Origin: Comamonadaceae bacterium
GTDB taxonomy: Bacteria; Pseudomonadota; Gammaproteobacteria; Burkholderiales; Burkholderiaceae_C
DNA length: 62,395 bases
Reading direction: 5' to 3'
Assembly (NCBI GenBank): GCA_947449025.1
Contig: CANFQF010000001.1
Span: forward strand, 1 to 62,395
In this document: positions 11,181 to 21,205 of the stretch, in pieces
How the letters are laid out: every line of letters begins with the position of its first letter
Position numbering within the stretch: position 1 is the first letter of the stretch
Program-made: the position numbers and the translations under genes
The notes under the pieces: model-generated
Told to the model about the DNA's origin: nothing
Database searches by the model: none
What the model saw: the letters and a program-made list of their open reading frames with translations, nothing else

Positions 11181-11276
11181 GAAACCTCCCAATGATGAGC
11201 TGAGAGGCCATTTTTGCTACTTTGTAATTATTTAGCAAGCATTAATGATTCTTGGGTATTGATTCAGCAAGGCCCG
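11107..11276. repeat. 170-bp direct repeat, copy 1 (promoter + RBS + signal peptide of lipoprotein A)
   Basis: Ungapped alignment with 11862-12031; 17 mismatches counted by hand. Confidence 0.95.
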
Positions 11277-11295
11277 CTCACCTTCGGGTGGGCGG
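11274..11295. terminator. Hairpin between the two lipoprotein genes (possible terminator/processing stem)
   Basis: CCGCTCACC-TTCG-GGTGGGCGG stem-loop; no clear U-tract. Confidence 0.4.
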
Positions 11296-11380
11296 CCCCG
11301 GCGCCGCTGCCGGCGAGGACAGTGGGGCAGACAAGCCTCGCGGGTTCTTCCAGTGAAGGGGGGCCGCAGAGGCGCTCCGC

Positions 11381-11935
11381 TTAGGGCGTGGCCACCCGGG
11401 TGTAGACGTCTAAATTGCTGCCCGTGGCGTCAGCAAGGGTGGGGTATGCCTCTGTCGCGCTTTGTCCGCCTTGGAGGAAGCCCAGGGTCTGCGCATCCTT
11501 CAGCGCCATCCAGGCCCAGTAGGTTCCACTGGAATCGACAGACTTCACCTTCTGTGGTGTTGCGCCCAAGGCCTGCAAGGTCAAGACCTGCCCATCCGTC
11601 TCTTGTAGCGTGAGGGTGGCGCTGCCAAGATCCTGGACGGTTGAAGGAGAGTCCCCGCAACTCGAACCCGTGTAGATACTGCGGCTGAATTGGGCGCGCA
11701 ATTCCGAGAGACCCGTCTGGCTCAGTGTGACTGTGGTTTTGTAGCTCTGGCTGCCACCGGAGGTACCGCTGCACGAGCCCACCCACTCTCCCGCGACGGG
11801 CGCGATGGTGCCCGTCCACCCTCCGGAGCCATCTGCCGAATCCGACCCCGATTGCCCGCCCCCGCAAGCCACCAGAACCGAGCCCAGCGCCAGGGTCACC
11901 GCCACTTTGGCAACTTTCTTGATCGCGTATCCCAT
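11381..11935 (-). CDS. Hypothetical lipoprotein (paralog B)
   Basis: Near-identical signal peptide/lipobox LVAC to paralog A; diverged mature domain. Confidence 0.8.
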   Translation of the reverse strand: MGYAIKKVAKVAVTLALGSVLVACGGGQSGSDSADGSGGWTGTIAPVAGEWVGSCSGTSGGSQSYKTTVTLSQTGLSELRAQFSRSIYTGSSCGDSPSTVQDLGSATLTLQETDGQVLTLQALGATPQKVKSVDSSGTYWAWMALKDAQTLGFLQGGQSATEAYPTLADATGSNLDVYTRVATP

Positions 11936-12031
11936 GAAACCTCCCAATGATGAGTTGAGAGGTCATTTTTACTACTTTGTAATAATTTAGCAAGTATTAA
12001 TGATGCTTAGGTGTCGATTTGGCAAGGCCCG
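11862..12031. repeat. 170-bp direct repeat, copy 2
   Basis: Offset 755 bp from copy 1. Confidence 0.95.
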
Positions 12032-12080
12032 ATCATCGGCAAGTGGGGGGTGCGGGAGGGGGGCGCGGCAAGCCCTTGGC

Positions 12081-12737
12081 TCAGGCCTTCGGTCCCGCCG
12101 CGGAGCGCCGCCGCGCGCGCCAGCTGCCTAGCAGGGCCAGCAAGCCCGGCACCAGGATCAGGCCCCAGATGATCTTGTCGAGGTTCTCTTTCACCCAGGG
12201 CATGGACCCCAGAAAGTAGCCCGCGGTGCAGATCCCCAGCACCCAGATCACGGCGCCGACGATGTTGAACACAGTGAAGCGGCTCCGGGTCATGGCGGCC
12301 ACGCCGGCCACGAAAGGAGCGAAGGTGCGTACAAAGGGAAGGAAACGGGCGACGATGAGCGTCACTGGCCCGTGCTTCTCGTAGAAGGCGTTTGCCTGCA
12401 AAAACGCGTTGCGATTGAAAAACCGCGACTGCTCCCACTGGAAGACCCGGGGCCCGATGCGCCGGCCGATCAGGTAATTGCACTGGTCACCCAAAATGGC
12501 AGCGGCCATCAACACCGCCACCGAAGACGGGTAGTCCATCAGGCCGGCGCCGCACAGTGCGCCCACCACGAACAGCAGCGAGTCGCCGGGCAGAAATGGC
12601 ATGACCACCAGGCCGGTCTCGACGAAGACAATCAGGAAAAGCAACAGATAGACCCAGGTGCCGTGGTCGCGGACGAAGGCATCGAGGTAGCGGTCGACAT
12701 GCAGGACAAAGTCCAGGAGCAAGGTGAGGAGTTCCAT
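12081..12737 (-). CDS. dedA: DedA family membrane protein
   Basis: FVETGLVVMPFLPGDSLLF and ARFLPFVRTFAPFVAG motifs; start ATG 12737. Confidence 0.93.
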   Translation of the reverse strand: MELLTLLLDFVLHVDRYLDAFVRDHGTWVYLLLFLIVFVETGLVVMPFLPGDSLLFVVGALCGAGLMDYPSSVAVLMAAAILGDQCNYLIGRRIGPRVFQWEQSRFFNRNAFLQANAFYEKHGPVTLIVARFLPFVRTFAPFVAGVAAMTRSRFTVFNIVGAVIWVLGICTAGYFLGSMPWVKENLDKIIWGLILVPGLLALLGSWRARRRSAAGPKA

Positions 12738-12773
12738 CGGAGAAGGATTATCCCCGCCGCCTAGAATCGAGAG

Positions 12774-14759
12774 GTGATTGCACCGAGCCCCCTGAGCCCA
12801 CGCCGCCCCATCCGCGAACTGCCCGACGAGCTGATCAGCCAGATTGCTGCCGGCGAGGTGATCGAGCGGCCCGCCTCGGTGGTGCGCGAGCTGGTGGACA
12901 ACGCGCTCGACGCCGGCGCCCGACAGGTCACCGTGCGGCTGCTGGCCGGCGGCGCGCGCCTTATCTCGGTGGAAGACGACGGCGGCGGCATTCCGCGTGA
13001 AGAGTTGCCCGTGGCCCTCAAGCGCCACGCCACCAGCAAGATCGGCTCCCTGCACGACCTCGAGTCGGTGGGCACCATGGGCTTTCGCGGCGAGGCGCTG
13101 GCCGCCATCGCCTCGGTCAGCGAGCTCACCCTGCTCTCGCGCACCGAGGACGCGGCCAATGCCTTTGCCCTGGACGGCCGCAGCGGCGAATTGCGGCCTG
13201 CAGCCAGAGCCACCGGCACGACGGTGGAAGTCAAAGAACTGTTTTTCAGCACCCCCGCGCGGCGCAAATTTCTCAAGACCGACGCCACCGAGCTGGCGCA
13301 CTGCCTCGAGGCGGTGCGCCGCCATGCACTCACCCGCCCGGAGGTGGGCTTTGCGGTCTGGCACGAAGGCCGGCTGGTCGAGCAGTGGCGGCCGGCCGCC
13401 AGCGCCGAGCAGCGCATGGGCGACGTGCTCGGCGACGAGTTCCTGGCCCAGAGCGTAGCGGTCGAATTCCAAGCTGGCCCGCTGCGGGTGATTGGTCGGG
13501 CGGGCACGCCCGATGCAGCCCGCGCACGCGCCGACCACCAGTACGCCTACGTGAACGGCCGCTATGTGCGCGACAAGGTCATCGGCCACGCCGCTCGCAG
13601 TGCCTACGAGGACGTGTTGCACGGCCAGCGCCAGCCGGTCTATGTGCTGGCCCTGTCCATCGACCCGGCCCAGGTCGATGTGAACGTGCACCCAACCAAA
13701 ATCGAGGTGCGCTTTCGCGACGGCCGCGCGGTGCACCAGGTGGTGCGCCATGCGGTCGATCAGGCACTGGCCGCTTCTCGTGCGGGCCAGGTCGGTTCGG
13801 CCTCGGAGACGGCATCTCCTTTGGGTTGGCCGGCGACCGGGCTGTCCCCATCGGAGGGCGGCGACGCCGCAGGCGCTGGGACCGCTCGCTGGTCACAGGC
13901 CGGTATGGCCTTCCCGCCGCGGGAGGCGGCCTGGGGACAACGGGTACAAGACCTCGGACTGCTGTGGCAGCCGGGCCGATTGACCGCCGCCGAAGCGACA
14001 CCCGGCGCGCTGGGAGTAGCCCCACCGGGCCCTGGCACGCAGGGCCTGGGTCCACATGGCCCTGGCACGCAGGGCCTGGGTCCACATGGCCCTGGCACGC
14101 AGGGCCTGAACACCGCCGGCGCACCGACCTACTGGGCAGGCGTTGAAGCCACCCCGCTGCCCGAGGGCGAGTGGCCCCTGGGCCGCGCCCTCGCGCAGTT
14201 GCAAGGCATCTACATCCTGGCCGAGAACCGGCAGGGGCTGGTCATCGTCGACATGCACGCCGCCCACGAACGCATCGTCTACGAGAAGCTCAAGACCCAG
14301 ATGGAAGGCGCCGCGCAGGCGCTGGCCCGCCAGGACCTGCTCATTCCCGCCAGCTTCGCCGCCACCGCGCAGGAGCAGGCCACCGCCGCCGCCTGCGCCG
14401 ACACGCTGGCGGCCCTAGGGCTGGAGATCACGCCGCTGTCGGCGCAGACCCTGGCGGTGCGCGCGGTGCCGGCCAGTCTGGCACAGGGCGACGCGGTCGA
14501 ACTCGCGCGCAGCGTGCTGGCCGAGCTAAGCCAGCACGAGGCCAGCACCGTGGTGGAGCGGGCCCGCAACGAGCTGCTCGCGACCATGGCCTGCCATGGC
14601 GCGGTGCGCGCCAACCGCCGGCTCACGCTCGAAGAGATGAACGCGCTGCTGCGGCAGATGGAAGCGACCGAGCGTGCCGACCAGTGCAACCACGGACGCC
14701 CCACCTGGCGCCAGCTCTCGATTCGCGAACTCGACAGCCTCTTTCTGCGGGGGCGATGA
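12774..14759 (+). CDS. mutL: DNA mismatch repair endonuclease MutL
   Basis: QIAAGEVIERPASVVRELVDN, GFRGEAL, DVNVHPTK, endonuclease motif DMHAAHERIVYE, ACH and CNHGRP. Confidence 0.98.
   Translation: MIAPSPLSPRRPIRELPDELISQIAAGEVIERPASVVRELVDNALDAGARQVTVRLLAGGARLISVEDDGGGIPREELPVALKRHATSKIGSLHDLESVGTMGFRGEALAAIASVSELTLLSRTEDAANAFALDGRSGELRPAARATGTTVEVKELFFSTPARRKFLKTDATELAHCLEAVRRHALTRPEVGFAVWHEGRLVEQWRPAASAEQRMGDVLGDEFLAQSVAVEFQAGPLRVIGRAGTPDAARARADHQYAYVNGRYVRDKVIGHAARSAYEDVLHGQRQPVYVLALSIDPAQVDVNVHPTKIEVRFRDGRAVHQVVRHAVDQALAASRAGQVGSASETASPLGWPATGLSPSEGGDAAGAGTARWSQAGMAFPPREAAWGQRVQDLGLLWQPGRLTAAEATPGALGVAPPGPGTQGLGPHGPGTQGLGPHGPGTQGLNTAGAPTYWAGVEATPLPEGEWPLGRALAQLQGIYILAENRQGLVIVDMHAAHERIVYEKLKTQMEGAAQALARQDLLIPASFAATAQEQATAAACADTLAALGLEITPLSAQTLAVRAVPASLAQGDAVELARSVLAELSQHEASTVVERARNELLATMACHGAVRANRRLTLEEMNALLRQMEATERADQCNHGRPTWRQLSIRELDSLFLRGR
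14028..14108 (+). repeat. Perfect 30-bp tandem repeat (2.7 copies) in the mutL linker, encoding GPGTQGLGPH
   Basis: GGCCCTGGCACGCAGGGCCTGGGTCCACAT x2 plus a 21-bp partial copy. Confidence 0.95.
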
Positions 14760-15991
14760 GCAAAATGTCGCCCCAGCTGCTGGTGCTGTTCATCGCGATG
14801 ATGATCGGCATTCACCCCATCTCGACTGATTTGTTCCTGCCCGGCATGTCTGCGCTGACCCGCGATCTGGGCGCCACCGTGGCCCAGGCCCAGCTCACGC
14901 TCACCGGCATGCTGCTGCCTTTTGGCTTGTCGCAACTGGCCTGGGGACCGCTGTCCGACCGCTTTGGCCGCAAGCCGGTGCTGATGCTCGGGCTGACAGC
15001 TTTCACCGTCGCCGCTGTGGCCTGCGCGCTGGCGCCGACCATCGACGCCTTGCAGGCCTGGCGCTCCTTCCAGGGCGCGGCCATGGGCGCCATCGTCGTG
15101 TGCGGGCGGGCGGTGCTGCGCGATGGCTTCGAGCCCGCCGAGGCGGTGCGCGTGATGTCCCGGGCCCAGACCGGCCTGGGCGTGCTGGCCTGTGTCGGCC
15201 CCTTGGCTGGCGGTGTGCTGGCCGAGTACGCCGGCTGGCGCTGGGCGCTGGCCTTCATTGCCGGCTATGGCGCGCTGGCCCTGGCCCTGGTGGCGCTGCG
15301 CTTTCGTGAGACGCTGCCGCGCGAACGGCGCACGCCGCTGCACCCGGTGGCCCTGGCAAGCAACTGGGTGACGGTGCTGCGCCACCCCAGCTTCCGCGCC
15401 TGGTCGCTGCTCACCTTGCTCACCTTCGCCGGCCTGATGACCTTCCTCACCACTTCGCCCTTTGTGTTCACCGAAGTGCTGGGTCTGAGCCGACTGCAAT
15501 ACGGCGTGTCCATCTTCAGCATGTCGGTCTTCTACATTGCCGGCACCTTTCTTTGCCGGCGGCTGCTGGCGGCCCTGGGCTTGCGCAAGACCGTCGCCGT
15601 CGCTGCCGCCATGTCATTGACCGCCGGCTCCCTCCTGGGCGTGTTCACCCTGGCCGACATGGCCCACGTGGGGACCTTGCTGCCGTGCCTGTGGCTCTAC
15701 GCCATGGCCCATGGCATTCACCAGTCCTGCGGGCAGGCCGGCGCCGTAGCGCCCTTTCCGCGCATGGCGGGGGCAGCCTCGGCAATGAACGGCGTGCTGA
15801 TGATGTCGGCCGGCTTCTTGATCGGAGGCTGGCTGGGCCGGCACATGGACGGCACGGTCGCCCCCATGACCTACGGCATCTGGCTCTGGAGCGTGCTGCT
15901 GGCACTGGTGGCCTGGACGCTGGTGCAACGCCACGGCGAAGTGAAAGACGTGGGTGAAGCGCAAGACCTGCGTGGGGTCCCCGGTGCCTGA
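14756..15991 (+). CDS. Bcr/CflA family MFS multidrug transporter
   Basis: [21 protein letters not shown] and FRETLP motifs; about 12 hydrophobic segments; ATGA overlap with mutL. Confidence 0.9.
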   Translation: MSKMSPQLLVLFIAMMIGIHPISTDLFLPGMSALTRDLGATVAQAQLTLTGMLLPFGLSQLAWGPLSDRFGRKPVLMLGLTAFTVAAVACALAPTIDALQAWRSFQGAAMGAIVVCGRAVLRDGFEPAEAVRVMSRAQTGLGVLACVGPLAGGVLAEYAGWRWALAFIAGYGALALALVALRFRETLPRERRTPLHPVALASNWVTVLRHPSFRAWSLLTLLTFAGLMTFLTTSPFVFTEVLGLSRLQYGVSIFSMSVFYIAGTFLCRRLLAALGLRKTVAVAAAMSLTAGSLLGVFTLADMAHVGTLLPCLWLYAMAHGIHQSCGQAGAVAPFPRMAGAASAMNGVLMMSAGFLIGGWLGRHMDGTVAPMTYGIWLWSVLLALVAWTLVQRHGEVKDVGEAQDLRGVPGA

Positions 15992-17090
15992 GGCCGACCC
16001 GCAGCGCCCAGGCCAGGGCGCGGGTTCGGGCGCGGGCCCGGCTCCGGCCTACGTGGCCCTGGCCGGCCCGACCGCCTGCGGCAAAACCGCGGCCGCCTTG
16101 GCGCTAGCAGCGCGGCTGCCGGTGGAGATCGTGAGCGTGGATTCGGCCCTGGTGTACCGGGGCATGGACATTGGCACCGCCAAGCCGACACCCGCCGAGC
16201 GCGCCGCGGTGCCACACCACCTGATTGATATCCGAGATCCGCGCGAGGCCTACAGCGCCGCCGAGTTTGCGGCCGACGCAGCCCGCCTGGTGCGCGAGAT
16301 CCGCGCTCGCGGCGCCCTGCCCCTGTTAGTGGGCGGCACCATGCTGTACTTCAAGGCCCTGTTCGACGGGCTGGCGGCCATGCCGGCCGCCGACGCCGCA
16401 GTGCGCGCCGCGCTCGACGCGGAGGCGGCCGCCCTGGGCTGGCCGGCAATGCACGCGCGGCTGGCGCAGGTCGACCCGGTGACGGCGGCCCGCCTGGCGC
16501 CCCATGATTCACAGCGCATCCAACGGGCGCTGGAGGTGTGGCAGATTTCGGGTCGGACCCTGAGCGACTGGCATGCTCGGCAGACCGCGCCGGCTGACAC
16601 GGCTGCCGAGGTCAACGGCCTCACCCACGGCGTCGCCGGCCTCAAGCCCTCGGGCGCAGCGTCCATGCCGCCCGCTCTTTTCATCTCCATGGAGCCCGAG
16701 GACCGCGCCTGGCTGCATGGTCGAATTGCCCAGCGCTTTGAGCAGATGCTGGCAGGCGGCTTCCTGGACGAGGTACGTGCCCTGCGGGCCCGGGGTGACC
16801 TCTCACCCGACCTGCCCAGCATGCGCTGCGTGGGCTATCGGCAAGCCTGGGAGTGGCTGGACACACAAGGCGGCGATTCGCCGCTGGACGCGGCCACGCT
16901 GCGCGAGCGCGGCATCGCCGCCACCCGGCAACTGGCCAAGCGGCAAATCACCTGGCTGCGAAGCATGCCAGCGCGCCAGGTGATCGCCGGCGACCCGCCA
17001 CAAGCGCTGGAGCGGGTGGTGCAGACCATCGAGCGCGCCTGGGCGCATCTGGCCCCTTGCTCCGAACGCAGAAGCGGGAGTCCCTCATGA
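15984..17090 (+). CDS. miaA: tRNA dimethylallyltransferase
   Basis: [33 protein letters not shown] and [11 protein letters not shown] motifs. Start uncertain (15954 or 15984). Confidence 0.96.
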   Translation: MPEADPQRPGQGAGSGAGPAPAYVALAGPTACGKTAAALALAARLPVEIVSVDSALVYRGMDIGTAKPTPAERAAVPHHLIDIRDPREAYSAAEFAADAARLVREIRARGALPLLVGGTMLYFKALFDGLAAMPAADAAVRAALDAEAAALGWPAMHARLAQVDPVTAARLAPHDSQRIQRALEVWQISGRTLSDWHARQTAPADTAAEVNGLTHGVAGLKPSGAASMPPALFISMEPEDRAWLHGRIAQRFEQMLAGGFLDEVRALRARGDLSPDLPSMRCVGYRQAWEWLDTQGGDSPLDAATLRERGIAATRQLAKRQITWLRSMPARQVIAGDPPQALERVVQTIERAWAHLAPCSERRSGSPS

Positions 17091-17749
17091 CAGAAGCGGT
17101 GCTTCAGGCCCAGGGCCTGGCCAAACGCTATGGGCAGGCGACGGTGTTCGAGCAGGTGTCGCTGTCGGTAGCGCCGGGAGAGTTCGTTGCCATCGTCGGC
17201 GAATCGGGCGTGGGCAAGTCCACCCTGCTCAATTGCCTGGCGGGCCTGGACATCTGGGACGCGGGTGCCATCACCCTGTGCGGGCACGACCTCGGCCAGG
17301 CCGATGACGACCAGCGCGCCCGCCTGCGACGCGCGCATGTGGGCTTTGTCTTCCAGGCCTTTCACGTGCTGCCGCACCTGGACGTGGCGCAAAACATCGC
17401 CCTACCTCTGATGCTCCTGGGGCTGCCGGCCGAGGAGCGCGCCGCGCGGGTGCAGGCCATGCTGGCGGCCGTGGGCCTGGACGAACTTGGGCCGCGCCTG
17501 CCGCAGCAGCTCAGTGGCGGCCAGTTGCAGCGGGTGGCCATCGCCCGCGCCCTGGTACACCGGCCGGCCCTGCTCCTGGCCGACGAGCCGACGGGCAACC
17601 TCGACCCGGCCACCGCCGCGCGGGTGCTCGACCTGCTGGTGCAGCAAACCCGCGACACTGGCGCCGCCCTGGTGCTGGTCACCCACTCCGAGAGTGCAGC
17701 CCGGCGCGCTGACCGCACCCTGCACCTGACCGCCAGCGGCTTCGCCTGA
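17087..17749 (+). CDS. ABC transporter ATP-binding protein (LolD/AttE-like)
   Basis: [24 protein letters not shown] and [10 protein letters not shown] motifs. Confidence 0.93.
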   Translation: MTEAVLQAQGLAKRYGQATVFEQVSLSVAPGEFVAIVGESGVGKSTLLNCLAGLDIWDAGAITLCGHDLGQADDDQRARLRRAHVGFVFQAFHVLPHLDVAQNIALPLMLLGLPAEERAARVQAMLAAVGLDELGPRLPQQLSGGQLQRVAIARALVHRPALLLADEPTGNLDPATAARVLDLLVQQTRDTGAALVLVTHSESAARRADRTLHLTASGFA

Positions 17750-17879
17750 GGCTGCCTGGCCACGGCGTCGGCCGCGTCCGACATGCAGGCACTGCCTGGC
17801 CCGACGCGGCGACGGACCAGGCCCGCTAGGGTGGACAACCGTCGGGCAAGGGGCCCGGCGCCCCCTGGAGACACGACAC

Positions 17880-18377
17880 ATGGCCACCTCACGCAACGCC
17901 AAGGAAGCCTGCGACCTGCTCGACGCTGACCACCGCGCGATCAAGAAGCTGTTCAAAACCTATGAAGAACTTGCCGGCTCGCGCGCCCGCAGCGCCGCCC
18001 AGAAAAAGCTGGACCTGGCGCGGCGCATTGGCCTGGAGCTCACGGTGCATATGCAGATCGAGGAGGACTTGTTCTATCCCGCCCTGCGCGCCGTCATCAA
18101 GGACTGCGCCCTACTCGATGGCGCGACGGTGGAGCACGACCTCATCAAAGAGCTGGTGGCGCAAATCCAGCAAGGCGAAGGGCACGCGCTCACCGACGCC
18201 CGGGTGCGGGTACTCGGCGAGTCCATGGACCGCCATGTGAAGCAGGAGCGCAACGTGCTGTTCGCCAAGGCCCGCGCGGCGCGCAAGCTCAACCTTGTAG
18301 CCCTGGGCGCACAGCTCGAAGCGCGCAAGGAGTCGCTCCTGATGGAGATGGCCGACGAAGGCGTGTTGGTCGACTGA
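17880..18377 (+). CDS. Hemerythrin/HHE cation-binding domain protein
   Basis: LDADH, HMQIEEDLFYP, EH and HVKQE motifs. Confidence 0.82.
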   Translation: MATSRNAKEACDLLDADHRAIKKLFKTYEELAGSRARSAAQKKLDLARRIGLELTVHMQIEEDLFYPALRAVIKDCALLDGATVEHDLIKELVAQIQQGEGHALTDARVRVLGESMDRHVKQERNVLFAKARAARKLNLVALGAQLEARKESLLMEMADEGVLVD

Positions 18378-18424
18378 GCCCCTGCGCCGGGCAAGACGGC
18401 CCGGTCCCCGCCACAATCGGCGGC

Positions 18425-21205
18425 ATGCTCGCCCTGCTGCGTTACTACTCCTGGCCGGAGCTGCGCCACCATCCCTGGCGCAGCGCCGCGGCAGTGGTGG
18501 CGGTGATGCTGGGCGTGGCTTTGGCGTTTTCGGTGCACCTGATCAACGCCTCGGCCCTGGGCGAGTTCGCGAGTGGACTGCGCCAGGTCGACGGGCAACC
18601 CGACCTGGTGCTGCGCTCCACCCAGGGCGGCCTGGACGAGTCGCTATACGCCCGGATCGCCAGCCATCCTGAAATCGCTCTGGCCAGCCCGGTACTCGAA
18701 GTGAGCACCCTGGCCACCTCGGACAAGCTTGCCGATTTGGCCAACTTCTCCAACTTGGCCAGGTCATCCGCCACGCCCCCCGCGGCCCCCACGCCGGAAT
18801 CGCCCACGCCCGCGCGCCCTTCGCGCGTGCCGCTGCGGGTCCTGGGCCTGGACCCGCTGATCGCCGCGGCTTTTGCGCCAGAGTTGTTGCCGAGGCCAGC
18901 GGCGAGCGCCGACCGACTGTCGATGTTCGCGCCCGGCCGGGTCTTCATCAACGCCGCGGCGCGCGAGCGCCTGGGTCTGGCGTCTGGCGCCGCCGGTGCG
19001 TCGCTCTCGCTGCAAGTGGGGCTGCGTCTGGTAACGGTCACCGTCGCCGGCGATGTGGCGGCCGCCGGCCCGCCCATGGCCGTGATGGACATCGGCGCCG
19101 CGCAAGACTTGTTCGGTCGGCAGGGCACGCTCACCCGCATCGACCTGCGTCTGGCTGCCGGCGCTGACCGCGACCGCTTTCGTGACCGCTTGGGCGAAGC
19201 CCTGGCCCTGCCCGCCGACGTGCTGGCCTCGGAGCCGGGCGACACAATGGCCCGCATCGACCGCCTGTCGCGCGCCTACCGCGTCAACCTCACCGTGCTG
19301 GCGCTGGTCGCCTTGTTCACCGGCGCCTTCCTCGTGTTCTCGGTGCTGTCCCTGAGCGTGGCACGCCGCAGCCAGCAGCTGGCCCTGCTGGGCGTCATGG
19401 GCCTCACCGCCGCCCAGCGCCTGCGCCTGGTGCTGGCCGAATCGCTGATTCTGGGCGTGGCCGGCAGCGTATGCGGCATCGCGCTGGGGGCGGGCCTGGC
19501 CGCGCTGGCCCTGCGCGTGCTTGGCGGCGACCTGGGCGGTGGCTACTTCCCCGGCGCGGCGCCGCGCTTGCAATGGAGCGGGCTGGCGGCGGCCGGCTAC
19601 GGCGCGCTCGGTCTGGCCGCAGCAGCCGCCGGCGGCTGGTTCCCCGCGATGCAAGCCCGGGGCCTGCCGCTGGCGGCGGCGCTCAAGGGCCTGGGCAGCG
19701 GCGGGAGTGGTCGCCGCCGGGGCCTGCCCGGGCTGCTACTGATCGCCGCCGCAGTGGCACTGGCCTTTGCGCCGCCAATCGGCGGCATCCCGGTGGCCGC
19801 CTACGTTGCCATCGCCCTGCTGCTGGTCGGTGGCATCACGGTGCTGCCCTGGGCGGTCGCGGCGGTCTACGACCGGCTCGCGCCGCACGCCGCCGACCAC
19901 GCGCTGGCGCTGCTGGCCATCGAGCGCGCGCGTCGGGTGCGTGAGACTGCGGCGGTGGCCGTCAGCGGCGTGGTCGCGGCGCTGGCGCTGGCGGTGGCGC
20001 TCACGGTGATGGTGGCCAGCTTCCGCAGCTCGGTGATGCAGTGGCTGGACACTGTGCTGCCTGCCGACCTGTACCTGCGCACGGCCGAGGGCGGCGCCAC
20101 CGGCGACACTGTCTTTCTGGACCCGTCCCTGGTGGCGGCGGCGGCCCAGGTGCCTGGTGTGGCGGCTGTCTCCACCCAGCGGGTGCGCTCGCTGACCTTG
20201 GACCCCGCCAGGCCGGCCCTGGCCCTGATCGCCCGGCCGCTGGAAGACGCCAGCCGACAACTGCCCTTGGTGGGAGACCCGGTGCCGCCGCCATCAAACT
20301 TGCCATCGCCACGGCCGACGGCAAGCGGGGCACCGGCCTCATCGCCCTGGATCCCGATCTACGTGAGCGAGGCGGTGGCCGACCTGTACGGCGCCCGACC
20401 TGGCCAACCCTTCACGCCCTTGGGCCGCGCCCTCGGGCTGACGGGCGCGGAGCAAACCGCCGTCCAGGGCGCCGACCCGGGTACCGCTGGGGGTGCCGCC
20501 GGGGGTGCCGTTCCCGATGCCGGCCCGAGGGACATCCAGGGCCCCTTCTACGTCGCTGGCATCTGGCGCGATTACGCCCGCCAGAGCGGCTCCATCGTCA
20601 TCGACGCCACCGCCTACCGGGGCCTGACCGGCGATGAACGGGTCAACGACCTGCTGCTGTGGCTGGCGCCCGGAGCGCAAGCGAGCCAGGTCCAGGCGGC
20701 GCTGCGCGCCCTGCCCGAGGCGGGTGAGGGCGGCAGGCTGCTGGAGTTCGCCTCTGCGCAGGACATTCGCGCCACCTCGATGCGCATCTTCGACCGCAGC
20801 TTCGCGGTCACCTACTGGCTGCAGGCGGTGGCCATTGGCATCGGACTGTTCGGCGTGGCCGCCAGCTTCAGCGCGCAGGTGCTGGCCCGGCGCAAGGAGT
20901 TTGGGCTACTGATGCACCTGGGCCTGACCCGCTCGCAGGTGCTGCGGGTGGTGGCCGGCGAGGGCCTGGCCTGGACCGCGATCGGCGCAGCCGCCGGCCT
21001 CGGGCTGGGTCTGGCGGTGTCGGTGGTGCTGGTGCACGTGGTCAACCCGCAGAGTTTTCACTGGACCATGGAGCTGTGGGTGCCGTGGTCGCGCCTGATC
21101 GCCCTGGCGCTGGCGGTGATGGCGGCGGGCACGCTCACCGCCTGGGCCTCGGGACGGGCGGTGGCCGGACGCGACATGGTGCTGGCGGTGAAGGAGGACT
21201 GGTGA
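18425..21205 (+). CDS. FtsX-like ABC permease (AttF/G-like, duplicated)
   Basis: Two MacB/FtsX halves; VNPQSFHWTM and VLAVKEDW C-terminus. Confidence 0.88.
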   Translation: MLALLRYYSWPELRHHPWRSAAAVVAVMLGVALAFSVHLINASALGEFASGLRQVDGQPDLVLRSTQGGLDESLYARIASHPEIALASPVLEVSTLATSDKLADLANFSNLARSSATPPAAPTPESPTPARPSRVPLRVLGLDPLIAAAFAPELLPRPAASADRLSMFAPGRVFINAAARERLGLASGAAGASLSLQVGLRLVTVTVAGDVAAAGPPMAVMDIGAAQDLFGRQGTLTRIDLRLAAGADRDRFRDRLGEALALPADVLASEPGDTMARIDRLSRAYRVNLTVLALVALFTGAFLVFSVLSLSVARRSQQLALLGVMGLTAAQRLRLVLAESLILGVAGSVCGIALGAGLAALALRVLGGDLGGGYFPGAAPRLQWSGLAAAGYGALGLAAAAAGGWFPAMQARGLPLAAALKGLGSGGSGRRRGLPGLLLIAAAVALAFAPPIGGIPVAAYVAIALLLVGGITVLPWAVAAVYDRLAPHAADHALALLAIERARRVRETAAVAVSGVVAALALAVALTVMVASFRSSVMQWLDTVLPADLYLRTAEGGATGDTVFLDPSLVAAAAQVPGVAAVSTQRVRSLTLDPARPALALIARPLEDASRQLPLVGDPVPPPSNLPSPRPTASGAPASSPWIPIYVSEAVADLYGARPGQPFTPLGRALGLTGAEQTAVQGADPGTAGGAAGGAVPDAGPRDIQGPFYVAGIWRDYARQSGSIVIDATAYRGLTGDERVNDLLLWLAPGAQASQVQAALRALPEAGEGGRLLEFASAQDIRATSMRIFDRSFAVTYWLQAVAIGIGLFGVAASFSAQVLARRKEFGLLMHLGLTRSQVLRVVAGEGLAWTAIGAAAGLGLGLAVSVVLVHVVNPQSFHWTMELWVPWSRLIALALAVMAAGTLTAWASGRAVAGRDMVLAVKEDW

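Noticed and set aside
11029-11993. Duplicated MLN(N/Y)YKV ORFs (11029-11238 and 11430-11993)
   Set aside because: Alternative frames through the duplicated promoter; the lipoprotein frames have the RBS and lipobox.
11107-12031. Direct repeat pair as CRISPR, IS ends or att sites
   Set aside because: Only two 170-bp copies, each containing a gene start; no spacers, cas, transposase or integrase.
14171-14755. Apparent N-terminal extension of the MFS ORF (similarly dedA, grpE, nuoC, nuoI, ABC ATPase)
   Set aside because: Overlaps neighbouring genes or promoters; downstream ATG/GTG starts fit the family length.
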